DNA of 64,000 nt. Origin: an uncultured Phycisphaeraceae bacterium (GTDB lineage Bacteria > Planctomycetota > Phycisphaerae > Phycisphaerales > Phycisphaeraceae). Below, one piece after another: positions 53,398 to 61,155 of this stretch (positions are counted from its first letter, which is position 1; each line of letters opens with the position of its first letter). The notes below the pieces were generated by a model. The model was not told the DNA's origin. It did no database searches and worked only from the letters and a program-made list of their open reading frames with translations. A program made the position numbers and the translations under genes. The stretch spans positions 12,732 to 76,731 of the forward strand of contig CAYRTH010000002.1 of assembly GCA_964427135.1 (NCBI GenBank), read 5' to 3'.

Positions 53398-55047
53398 ATG
53401 ACCAATCAAGGATTTGCCATGACAAATGCCACGCTTCCGACGACGCAACAGGCTGTGCAACTGGTCGGCCCGGGTGAACTCAAACTCAACCCGGCGAAAA
53501 AAGTACCCACGCCCGGCCCGCATGAAATACTGGCCAAGGTTGAGGCGGTCGGGTTGTGCTTTTCCGACCTGAAACTGCTCAAACAATTTGACACCCATGC
53601 CCGCAAGAGTGAAGTGGTGGCGGGGCTGTCGCCGGAAACGTTGGCCCAAGTGCAAAGTTATGTGCCGGGCAAAAAGCCGACGGTGCCGGGCCATGAGGTG
53701 GTGTGCCGAATCGTGGCTGTGGGCAGCCAGGTCAAACATCACAAGGTCGGCGAACGCTGCCTGGTACAGACCGACTACCGGGACCTGCCGACCGCCAACT
53801 CGGCCTCGGCATTTGGTTACAACTTCGAAGGCGCGCTGCAGGAATACATCGTCATGGACGAGCGCGTGGTGGTCGATTCGAAGGGGCAGCGATATCTGAT
53901 TCCGGTGAGTGAAGAAAAAAGTTCATCAGCGGTGGCGCTGGTGGAACCCTGGGCCTGCGTGGAAGATTCATACGTCACCCGTGAACGGCAAACCATCAAA
54001 CCCATGGGGCGATTACTGGTGGTGGCGACACCGGGCGCCAGTTTCGATGGTCTGCCCAGGGCCTATTCACCCTCAGCGCCCCCGGCTCAGGTGACGGTGA
54101 TCGCCCCCGATGCCGCAGCGACGCAACCTGATGAAGGGTTTGATGACATTGTGTATTTCGGAGCGGACAAATCGGTGATCGAAATTTTGAATGACAAGCT
54201 CGCTTCACGGGGCATCATCAACATCGTGCTGGGCGGTCAAAAAATCGGGGCCCCGGTGAACGTCGGTGTGGGTCGGGTGCATTATGGCTTGACACGCTGG
54301 GTTGGCACCACCGGCAATGACCCGGCCCAGTCATATCAAAACATACCGGCCACGGGCGAGGTGCGCGCGGGGGATCGTATATTGGTCGTCGGGGCGGGTG
54401 GGCCGATGGGTCAGATGCACGTGCTGCGCAATGTCAGTTTGGGCTTGGCGAACCTGCACCTGGTGGGCACGGACATGGATGACCCCCGGCTTGCCTCGTT
54501 GCTGCATAAAGCACAACCCCTGGCGGACAAATTCGGCGTGAAGCTCGAGCTGGTCAACACCAAAACCAGCAAACTGACGGGCAGGTTCAGTTACATCGCA
54601 CTCATGGCCCCGGTGGCGCCGCTGGTGGCACAAGCCGTGGTCGATGTCAGTGATAACGCGATCATCAATATTTTCGCGGGCATCCCCGCCCCGGTGAAAC
54701 AGGTGATGGATTTGGACGCCTACATCAGCAAAAAGTGTTTCATGTTCGGCACGAGTGGTTCGACCATTGCCGACATGATGATCGTGCTGGACAAGGTGGA
54801 AAAAGGATCACTGGACACCAATGCGTCACTGGATGCGGTCAGCGGTATCGCCGGGGCGATTGATGGTATTGCTGCGGTGGAAAACCGCACCCTTGCGGGC
54901 AAAATCATGGTGTACCCGATGCTGCGTGAGTTGCCGTTGACACCGCTGACGGAACTGGCGAAAAAATTTCCGACGGTGGCCGCCAAGCTCGATCGTGGCC
55001 AGTGGACCAAGGCAGCGGAAGAGGAGTTGTTGAAGGTGGCGCGGTGA
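53398..55047 (+). CDS. Atypically long zinc-type (MDR) alcohol/polyol dehydrogenase
   Basis: GroES-like N-domain (GPHEILAKVEAVGLCFSDL, PGHEVV). The Rossmann motif VVGAGGPMGQ appears only near residue 330. An alternative ATG is at 53419. Confidence 0.7.
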   Translation: MTNQGFAMTNATLPTTQQAVQLVGPGELKLNPAKKVPTPGPHEILAKVEAVGLCFSDLKLLKQFDTHARKSEVVAGLSPETLAQVQSYVPGKKPTVPGHEVVCRIVAVGSQVKHHKVGERCLVQTDYRDLPTANSASAFGYNFEGALQEYIVMDERVVVDSKGQRYLIPVSEEKSSSAVALVEPWACVEDSYVTRERQTIKPMGRLLVVATPGASFDGLPRAYSPSAPPAQVTVIAPDAAATQPDEGFDDIVYFGADKSVIEILNDKLASRGIINIVLGGQKIGAPVNVGVGRVHYGLTRWVGTTGNDPAQSYQNIPATGEVRAGDRILVVGAGGPMGQMHVLRNVSLGLANLHLVGTDMDDPRLASLLHKAQPLADKFGVKLELVNTKTSKLTGRFSYIALMAPVAPLVAQAVVDVSDNAIINIFAGIPAPVKQVMDLDAYISKKCFMFGTSGSTIADMMIVLDKVEKGSLDTNASLDAVSGIAGAIDGIAAVENRTLAGKIMVYPMLRELPLTPLTELAKKFPTVAAKLDRGQWTKAAEEELLKVAR

Positions 55048-55050
55048 AGA

Positions 55051-55161
55051 AGTGGCCAAGTGGCCAAGTGCGTTCAATATTTTGAATTTCGAATTTCGAA
55101 TTTCGGATTTACCAAGCCGGGAACGAGACCGACCCCCGGGGGAGGCCGAGGGCCCGGGTAT
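55051..55161. repeat. GGCCAAGT 8-mer array plus TTCGAAT 7-mer array plus ACCAAGCCGGG..GGGTAT core
   Basis: Read directly. Starts 4 nt after the stop codon of the dehydrogenase gene. Confidence 0.85.
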
Positions 55162-55201
55162 GGTTTGGTTAATTGAGTGATTTGGCGATTGTCAATTCAC
55201 T

Positions 55202-55237
55202 CACGCCTGAACTTCACGTGCTTGTGAAGTTCAGGAT
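55202..55237 (+). terminator. Hairpin of the CACGCC-TGAACTTCA family, possible terminator
   Basis: CACGCCTGAACTTCACGTGCTTGTGAAGTTCAGGAT followed by GGTTTTCC. Confidence 0.45.
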
Positions 55238-55344
55238 GGTTTTCCAACATACAGACGCGATCAATCGCGGCGCTAACCAAACACCCTGCATACAACCAAG
55301 TCCCGCGCTGCCAACTTTTTTTACAGTTCGCTACAATATTAGAC

Positions 55345-55373
55345 TTGTGGATTGAATGATCCTTTGTTAGAAT
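55345..55373 (+). promoter_or_regulatory. Possible sigma70-like promoter of the ferredoxin gene
   Basis: TTGTGG-N17-TAGAAT about 65 nt upstream of the ATG. Promoter rules for this phylum are uncertain. Confidence 0.25.
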
Positions 55374-55438
55374 GATTATGAAAACCACGGGTGAGGCTGG
55401 TATCAGCCGATTCGTGGACTTAACTGAAAGGAACCCCC

Positions 55439-55612
55439 ATGCCTGCTCAAGTAGATGCCGAAAAGTGCAACGGTTGCAAGACATGCCTGGACAGTTGCCC
55501 CAACGAATCGATCAAAATGGCCGACGACAAGGCGGTCGTCGATCGTGACTCCTGCATCGACTGCGAAGTCTGCATGAGCAACTGCCCGCAATCCGCGATC
55601 GCGATGGAATAA
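55439..55612 (+). CDS. 2x[4Fe-4S] ferredoxin (57 aa), below the ORF-track cutoff
   Basis: Hand translation: MPAQVDAEKCNGCKTCLDSCPNESIKMADDKAVVDRDSCIDCEVCMSNCPQSAIAME, with two CxxCxxCxxxCP motifs. GAAAGGAA upstream and a terminator downstream. Confidence 0.85.
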   Translation: MPAQVDAEKCNGCKTCLDSCPNESIKMADDKAVVDRDSCIDCEVCMSNCPQSAIAME

Positions 55613-55650
55613 TCCCGCTCCCCCGGTGAACGACAATCTGTGACCTTCGC

Positions 55651-55679
55651 AACCCGCACTTTCAGAGTGTGGGTTTTTT
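55651..55679 (+). terminator. Rho-independent terminator after the ferredoxin gene
   Basis: AACCCGCAC-TTTCAGAG-TGTGGGTT followed by TTTTTT. Confidence 0.7.
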
Positions 55680-55706
55680 CATAGGTTGACGTGATGACTG
55701 ACGCAT

Positions 55707-55823
55707 GTGTGCCACTGGCAGCTTGTCTGCCAGTGCCGCTGCCGACTTACCAAACGACTGACGCCGAGGGCTTTAGCCCCGGATGATTCCCACAGTCATC
55801 GGGCCCTATAGGGCTCGGCGTCA
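55707..55823. repeat. GTGCCACTGGCAG palindrome plus a TGACGCCG-family palindromic element
   Basis: gtgccactggcagcttgtctgccagtgcc at 55709-55737, with half copies at 19843 and 27098. The palindromic element is at 55759-55823. Confidence 0.85.
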
Positions 55824-55864
55824 ACAGCACCGAAGCCAAGCGTCTGCGCTAAACAAAGACAATC

Positions 55865-55888
55865 ACTCGGCCACTTGGCCACTTCAAG
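55865..55888. repeat. CACTTGGC 8-mer array abutting the gatA stop
   Basis: actcggccacttggccacttcaag. Confidence 0.8.
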
Positions 55889-55890
55889 TA

Positions 55891-57351
55891 TCACCCCAAC
55901 CCCGGTCGCGCCTGATGATGCGTCGTGGCGGCTTCATAAATCTGCGCAATTTGCAGCAGTTTCGCCTCGCCGAACATCGGCCCAAACAGCTGCAGACCGA
56001 TCGGCAACTTTTTGCCCGCTTCCTCCACCAATCCGCCCGGCAGCGAAATGCCCGGTATGCCCGCCAAATTGCAATTCACCGTGTACACATCATTCAAATA
56101 CATCGTCAGCGGATCATCGGTCTTCGCGCCCAGTTCAAACGCAGGCCCGGTACTGGTCGGACACAAAAGTACATCGACCCTGGCAAACGCCTGGTCAAAA
56201 TCCTGTTTGATCAGTCGCCGAACTTTGAGCGCCCGCAGGTAGTACGCATCGTAATATCCGCTGGAAAGCACATACGTACCCAACATGATGCGCCGTTTGA
56301 CTTCATCGCCAAACCCCTCGGCTCGTGAGGCGGTGTAAACCTCCAGCAAATCACTGGCCGAGGCACTGCGATGTCCGTAGCGCACGCCGTCGTAGCGCGC
56401 CAGGTTGCTGGAGGCTTCAGCCGTGGCCACGATGTAATAGGTGGGTATCCCGTACTGGGTGTGCGGCAAATCCACCTCGATGATTTGTGCCCCCGCTTGC
56501 CTGTAAATCTGCAAGGCTTCATCCATCATCGACCGCACTGCCGGGTGATTGGCGTCCGACATGTACTGTTTGGCGACACCAATGCGCAAGCCTTCGACCT
56601 TTTGCGTCAACGCCTTGGCGTAATCAGGGACGGGCACCGGGGCGCTGGTCGAATCCAAATCATCATGCCCAGCGATTGCGTGCAGCAACAACGCCACATC
56701 GCTGACACTGTGCCCAAAGCAGCCGACCTGATCCAAACTCGAAGCGTAGGCGACCAACCCGTAACGTGATATGCGACCATAACTGGGTTTCAAGCCGACG
56801 ACCCCGCAGTACGCCGCAGGCAAGCGCACCGAACCACCTGTGTCCGACCCCAAGGAACCAGCACACAAATCCGCAGCCACGCTCACCGCGGAACCGCTGG
56901 ACGACCCGCCCGGTGTTCGTGTGGTGTCCCACGGGTTACGACAAGGCCCCCAGGCACAATTTTCCCCCGATGAACCCATGGCAAACTCGTCCATGTTGGT
57001 CTTGCCCAGCACAATCGCCCCCGCAGCTTCAAGTTTTTGGACCGATGTGGCGGTGTAGGGCGCGTGAAAGTTGCCCAGCATTTTGGATGAGCAGGTGGTT
57101 GAGCCGTAGTCGGTGCAAAGCACATCTTTGATGGCCACGGGTACGCCGGCCAGTGGGCCGGTGATTTTGCCATCATCCACCAGCTGGGCGCGTTGCAAAG
57201 CCCGCTGTGTGAATGTTTCGTGGTAGGCATTGAGTTGCGGGTCGAGTTTTTCAATGCGCTGCAGATACGCACGGGTGAGTTCAAGTGCGGACACTTGCCG
57301 CTGGAGCAAAGCATCGCGCAGTTGGGTGAGGGTGGTTTGGGTGAGGTTCAT
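55891..57351 (-). CDS. gatA: Glutamyl-tRNA(Gln)/aspartyl-tRNA(Asn) amidotransferase subunit A
   Basis: Amidase signature GGSSSGSAVSVAA. The start is moved to MNLTQTTLTQLRDAL at 57351. The ORF-track extension runs into repeats. Confidence 0.92.
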   Translation of the reverse strand: MNLTQTTLTQLRDALLQRQVSALELTRAYLQRIEKLDPQLNAYHETFTQRALQRAQLVDDGKITGPLAGVPVAIKDVLCTDYGSTTCSSKMLGNFHAPYTATSVQKLEAAGAIVLGKTNMDEFAMGSSGENCAWGPCRNPWDTTRTPGGSSSGSAVSVAADLCAGSLGSDTGGSVRLPAAYCGVVGLKPSYGRISRYGLVAYASSLDQVGCFGHSVSDVALLLHAIAGHDDLDSTSAPVPVPDYAKALTQKVEGLRIGVAKQYMSDANHPAVRSMMDEALQIYRQAGAQIIEVDLPHTQYGIPTYYIVATAEASSNLARYDGVRYGHRSASASDLLEVYTASRAEGFGDEVKRRIMLGTYVLSSGYYDAYYLRALKVRRLIKQDFDQAFARVDVLLCPTSTGPAFELGAKTDDPLTMYLNDVYTVNCNLAGIPGISLPGGLVEEAGKKLPIGLQLFGPMFGEAKLLQIAQIYEAATTHHQARPGLG

Positions 57352-57407
57352 GCTGGCGTTTTTTTGGTCAATATTGAATGTAATTGCATTCATTGGTTCA
57401 TCGATAC

Positions 57408-57494
57408 AGATACCCAAGTCCTCGTCACTGCGTTCCTCGTCCTTGGCTTGTTTTTTCACTTGGCCACTCGACCACTTGGCCACTTGGCCACTTC
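57408..57494. repeat. GGGTAT..CAAGCC core plus CACTTGGC 8-mer array inside the gatC-gatA spacer
   Basis: The core is the reverse complement of 19060-19105. The array is cacttggccactcgaccacttggccacttggccacttc. Confidence 0.85.
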
Positions 57495-57495
57495 T

Positions 57496-57804
57496 TCAAG
57501 CTCCGCTGCCATCGTCGATGACTTTGGGCACCATGAAAAAGGGCGGTTCCTTGGCCGGGGCGTTGGCCAGTACCTGTTCCACCGATAAGCCCGGTTTGGG
57601 TTCATCTGGGCGGAGCACATTGGTCAGGTCCAGCGCGTGGGCCATGGGCTGCACCTCATCGAGGTTCAATTCGTTGAGTTTTTCCACGTAAGTCAGAATG
57701 TCGGACAGTTGCCGGGCGAACTGCGCCACTTCCGCCTCGCTGAGTTTGAGTCGGCTCAGCTTGGCGACGTGACGCACCTGATCATGGGTGAGTGTTTGGC
57801 TCAT
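57496..57804 (-). CDS. gatC: Amidotransferase subunit C
   Basis: MSQTLTHDQVRHVAKLSRLKLSEAEVAQFARQLSDILTYVEKL...LRPD, 102 aa. Confidence 0.9.
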   Translation of the reverse strand: MSQTLTHDQVRHVAKLSRLKLSEAEVAQFARQLSDILTYVEKLNELNLDEVQPMAHALDLTNVLRPDEPKPGLSVEQVLANAPAKEPPFFMVPKVIDDGSGA

Positions 57805-57857
57805 GGGTGAATAGGTTAACGGCCTGACTGTGCGTTGCAAAAGGCCAAGTGGATTTA

Positions 57858-57981
57858 CAAAGCGGCGGATGTTATCCGCCGTTTTTATTGAACCATTGAT
57901 TTACCCTCGGTTGTGTCAAACAGACCGCCGATAACATCGGCGGCTTTGCCATCGCTTCCGGGGCTAAAGCCCTCGGCGTCA
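57858..57981. repeat. Two-hairpin about 90-bp element plus a half TGACGCCG-family element
   Basis: GCGGCGGAT-GTT-ATCCGCCG at 57862, CCGCCGAT-AAC-ATCGGCGG at 57925 and CCGGGGCTAAAGCCCTCGGCGTCA at 57958. Confidence 0.85.
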
Positions 57982-58117
57982 TACTGAATGCAAATGCCAA
58001 ACAAAAAAACCCCCGCACAAAATTTTCACATCACAACCGCAATAACTCCCCTGATGGTGTAAGATGCAGCTTCAATCATCCATCCACCCTTATCCCTTGC
58101 AACACGGAATCGACATC

Positions 58118-59626
58118 ATGAGCCAAGTGCAGACGCGCTTCATCGACACCTCCCTGCGTGACGGTCATCAATCCCTGCTGGCGACGCGCATGAGTACCTC
58201 GCAGTGCATGCGGGTGCTGCCGATGCTCAAGGACGTCGGCTACCCCATTCTCGAACTTTGGGGCGGGGCCACGCTCGATAGTGCCCTGCGTTTCACCGGT
58301 GATAATCCCTTTGATCGCCTTGACCAGTTTTACAAGGTACTGGGCAAAGATGGCCCGGCCATTCGTTCGCTTTGTCGCGGGCAAAACCTTTTTGGTTACT
58401 CGCCCTATGCCGACAACGTGGTCGTCGAGTTCATGAAGGAAGCGGTGCGCAGCGGCAACCATCGCGTACGCATTTTCGATGCCCTCAACGACTGGCGCAA
58501 CATCATGGTCGCCATCATGGCCACCAAAACCTACAACGGCCACGCTGAAGCGGCGCTGTCCTACACCACCAGCCCGATTCATGATGTGAATCATTTTGTG
58601 AACTTCTGCCGTCATGCCCTGGACCTTGGCGCTGATTCACTGGCGATCAAGGACATGGCCGGGCTGTTGCATCCTTCGACGGCGTACGAAATGATCGAAG
58701 CGATGCAAAAGGAATTCCCCGGCGTACCGATCACCCTGCACAGCCACTGCACCAACGGCCTGGCAATCGCCAGTTACGTCGTGGCCATGATCAAGGGCAT
58801 CGACTACATCGACACGGCCTACGGCCCCATGGCCGGTGCCACCAGCCAACCCCCTGTCGAACTCATGGCACTCTTCGCCCGTGAACTGGGCATCAAGGTG
58901 GACCTGGACCTGTCCAACACCGCGAAGATCGACGCGGAGTTGCGCGCCATTCGCAAGGAACTGGTCAAGGTCGATGCCGCCCCCGACAAATTCGGCAACC
59001 CCTGGCCCAGTGAACCCGATGCCACCCTGCGCGGTCGTATCAGCGAAGCTGTGAAACTTTTGCAGAAGCGCGACAAGGCCAGCCTCGATGAGGCCATTGC
59101 GATCATTGAAGATCAGATCATGGTCGATCAGGGTTACCCGGCCATCGACCGCAAACAACTCGATGCCCAGGTGCCCGGCGGGATGCTTTCCAACCTGCAC
59201 AACCAGCTCAAGGAACAGGGCAAGCTCGACCTCATGCCGCAGATTTTGGAAGAAGTGCCCCGCGTGCGTGCAGCTTCGGGGTTTGTGCCGTTGGTGACGC
59301 CCACGAGTCAGATCGTCGGTTCGCAGGCAGCGTTCAACGTGATGACGGGCAATCCGTACAGCATGATGACCAAGGAATTCAAAGCCCTCATGGCCGGTCG
59401 TTACGGTCGCACGCCCGCCCCGCCGGATGAAAAGGTGTTGGAAAAGGTGATCGCAGCCGGGGAACAGGTGCTGACCAAGCGGCCGGCGGACTACGTTCCC
59501 GAAGCCGACCTGGCGGCCATTTACAAGGAACATGGCGACCTGATCAAGTCGCCACGCGATGTGCTGCTGCTGATTTTGTTCCCGTTGCCTGCCAAGCAAT
59601 TTTTGGAAAAACGCAAAGCGGGCTGA
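58118..59626 (+). CDS. Carboxyltransferase (oxaloacetate decarboxylase alpha / transcarboxylase 5S-like) without a biotinyl domain
   Basis: FIDTSLRDGHQSL and a HMGL-like TIM barrel. The C-terminus ends without an AMKM biotinylation motif. Confidence 0.8.
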   Translation: MSQVQTRFIDTSLRDGHQSLLATRMSTSQCMRVLPMLKDVGYPILELWGGATLDSALRFTGDNPFDRLDQFYKVLGKDGPAIRSLCRGQNLFGYSPYADNVVVEFMKEAVRSGNHRVRIFDALNDWRNIMVAIMATKTYNGHAEAALSYTTSPIHDVNHFVNFCRHALDLGADSLAIKDMAGLLHPSTAYEMIEAMQKEFPGVPITLHSHCTNGLAIASYVVAMIKGIDYIDTAYGPMAGATSQPPVELMALFARELGIKVDLDLSNTAKIDAELRAIRKELVKVDAAPDKFGNPWPSEPDATLRGRISEAVKLLQKRDKASLDEAIAIIEDQIMVDQGYPAIDRKQLDAQVPGGMLSNLHNQLKEQGKLDLMPQILEEVPRVRAASGFVPLVTPTSQIVGSQAAFNVMTGNPYSMMTKEFKALMAGRYGRTPAPPDEKVLEKVIAAGEQVLTKRPADYVPEADLAAIYKEHGDLIKSPRDVLLLILFPLPAKQFLEKRKAG

Positions 59627-59652
59627 TCGATCGTCAAAAGATTATCGCATGT

Positions 59653-59725
59653 TGACGCCGTGCCCTTCAGGGCCGGTTGGTTTTCTTTTTCATGGAAGCA
59701 TCCGGGGCTAAAGCCCTCGGCGTCA
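59653..59725. repeat. Palindromic element, TGACGCCG...CGGCGTCA family
   Basis: TGACGCCGTGCCCTTCAGGGCCGG...ATCCGGGGCTAAAGCCCTCGGCGTCA. Confidence 0.9.
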
Positions 59726-59785
59726 AGTTGAATGTGGCCCGCCTCAACCGGTTCAACTTTTGGACCGATCTTTTATAATGAACGT

Positions 59786-60697
59786 ATGACTCCGCCCGCT
59801 TCCAAAACCAACCCCGCCCCGCGCACGCTTTCGCTGTCGCGCCTGTTTGCCGACCATGCTCGAAAGTGGCGCGATTTTACTTACATTTACCCGGTCATCA
59901 GTCGTCGATCGCGCGGCCTGTCCATCGGCGTCAATGTCAACGTCCATCAGCAATGCACCTTCGACTGCGTGTACTGCTCCGTCGATACCGATGCGCCGCC
60001 GACGGTCACCAAGGTCGATTTGAATCGCTTGCAAAGTGAACTGTCGCAGTTGCTCACCCAGGTGAAAACCGGCTCGTTCTGGGACGATCCGCAGTTTCGT
60101 GACACGCCTGAAAAGTATCGTCGCCTGAGCGACATCGCCTTCTCCGGCGATGGTGAGCCGACGCTTTACGCCAAACTGGACCAGGCCGTCGAATCGGTCG
60201 CCCAGGTGAAAAAAGAACACGAGCTGAATGATGCGAAAATTGTACTGGTGACCAACGCGACTGGATTGAGTCGTCTGTCGGCGCAGCGGGCCTTGACGGT
60301 TATTGATCGTGAACAGGGCGAAATATGGGCCAAGCTCGACGCGGGCACCGAGGGTTATTATCAGCAAATCAATCGTTCGCCCATCGCCTTCAAACACATT
60401 TTGCGCAACATCCTTCAATGCGGTCAGGTCCGGCCGATCGTGATTCAAACCATGCTGCTCCGCTGGCAAGGCACGATGGTCCCCCGTGAAGAATTGGAAG
60501 CCTACACCCAGCGATTGGCGGACCTTTTGCTGCGCGGTTGCATGATTGATCGTGTGCAGCTTTACACCGTCGCCCGTCACACCCGTAAAGCGGCTGCCAG
60601 GCCGATCGGCAATGCGCAGTTGGATCGCTTGGCGGAGCTGGTCCGCAAACGTCTGCCCATGTTGAGTGTCGAAGTGTTTTACAAAAGCGGGGAATGA
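59786..60697 (+). CDS. Radical SAM domain protein
   Basis: CTFDCVYC (CxxxCxxC) cluster motif and GDGEPTLY. The ATG at 59786 is preferred. Confidence 0.7.
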   Translation: MTPPASKTNPAPRTLSLSRLFADHARKWRDFTYIYPVISRRSRGLSIGVNVNVHQQCTFDCVYCSVDTDAPPTVTKVDLNRLQSELSQLLTQVKTGSFWDDPQFRDTPEKYRRLSDIAFSGDGEPTLYAKLDQAVESVAQVKKEHELNDAKIVLVTNATGLSRLSAQRALTVIDREQGEIWAKLDAGTEGYYQQINRSPIAFKHILRNILQCGQVRPIVIQTMLLRWQGTMVPREELEAYTQRLADLLLRGCMIDRVQLYTVARHTRKAAARPIGNAQLDRLAELVRKRLPMLSVEVFYKSGE

Positions 60698-60704
60698 GTT
60701 AGCT

Positions 60705-60972
60705 GTAGCCCAGCCGCCCCCGGCTGGGTTTGCGCATGGGTGCCTGTGGCACGGTCGCGTGCCACAGCACGATACCAGTGTGTGCAGCCAAAAACGCCCA
60801 CAACCGTCCGCCGCTTTGTTACAACACACCGCCGAGGGCGGCGGTGCCACATGCTTACGGTGGTAGCCCAGCCGCCCCCGGCTGGGTGCACAAAGCCGCC
60901 GATGTCATCGGCGGACGGTTTTGATGGATGTGAACTTAATGACATGAAGACGGCGGATACCATCCGCCGCAT
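60705..60972. repeat. BIME-like cluster of five hairpin-repeat families
   Basis: GTAGCCCAGCCG...CGGCTGGGT occurs twice (60705, 60863). GGGTGCCTGTGGCAC..GTGCCACAG is at 60738 and CACACCGCCGAGGGCGGCGGTGCCACA at 60822. A two-hairpin element spans 60892-60972. Confidence 0.85.
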
Positions 60973-61155
60973 TGTTCCATCACACAGTCGTATTCGTCCT
61001 GTTTTCCGTTATCATGAATATTTATGTGCCAGTTTGTCATCGACGAACCAGTCTGACATCCCTGGCGTAGTATCGCTGAAAGCCATTAACCCTTACCACC
61101 TATGCGACGTACTTTCATGATGTCCTCCTCAGCATGAGCTTGAGCCTTTTGCCCC

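Noticed and set aside
57862-57886. Hairpin GCGGCGGAT-GTT-ATCCGCCG followed by TTTTT as a functional terminator.
   Set aside because: It sits between divergently transcribed genes (the gatC start and the carboxyltransferase start), where no transcript should end. It belongs to the 90-bp two-hairpin repeat family, so its terminator-like look is probably incidental. This was not tested.
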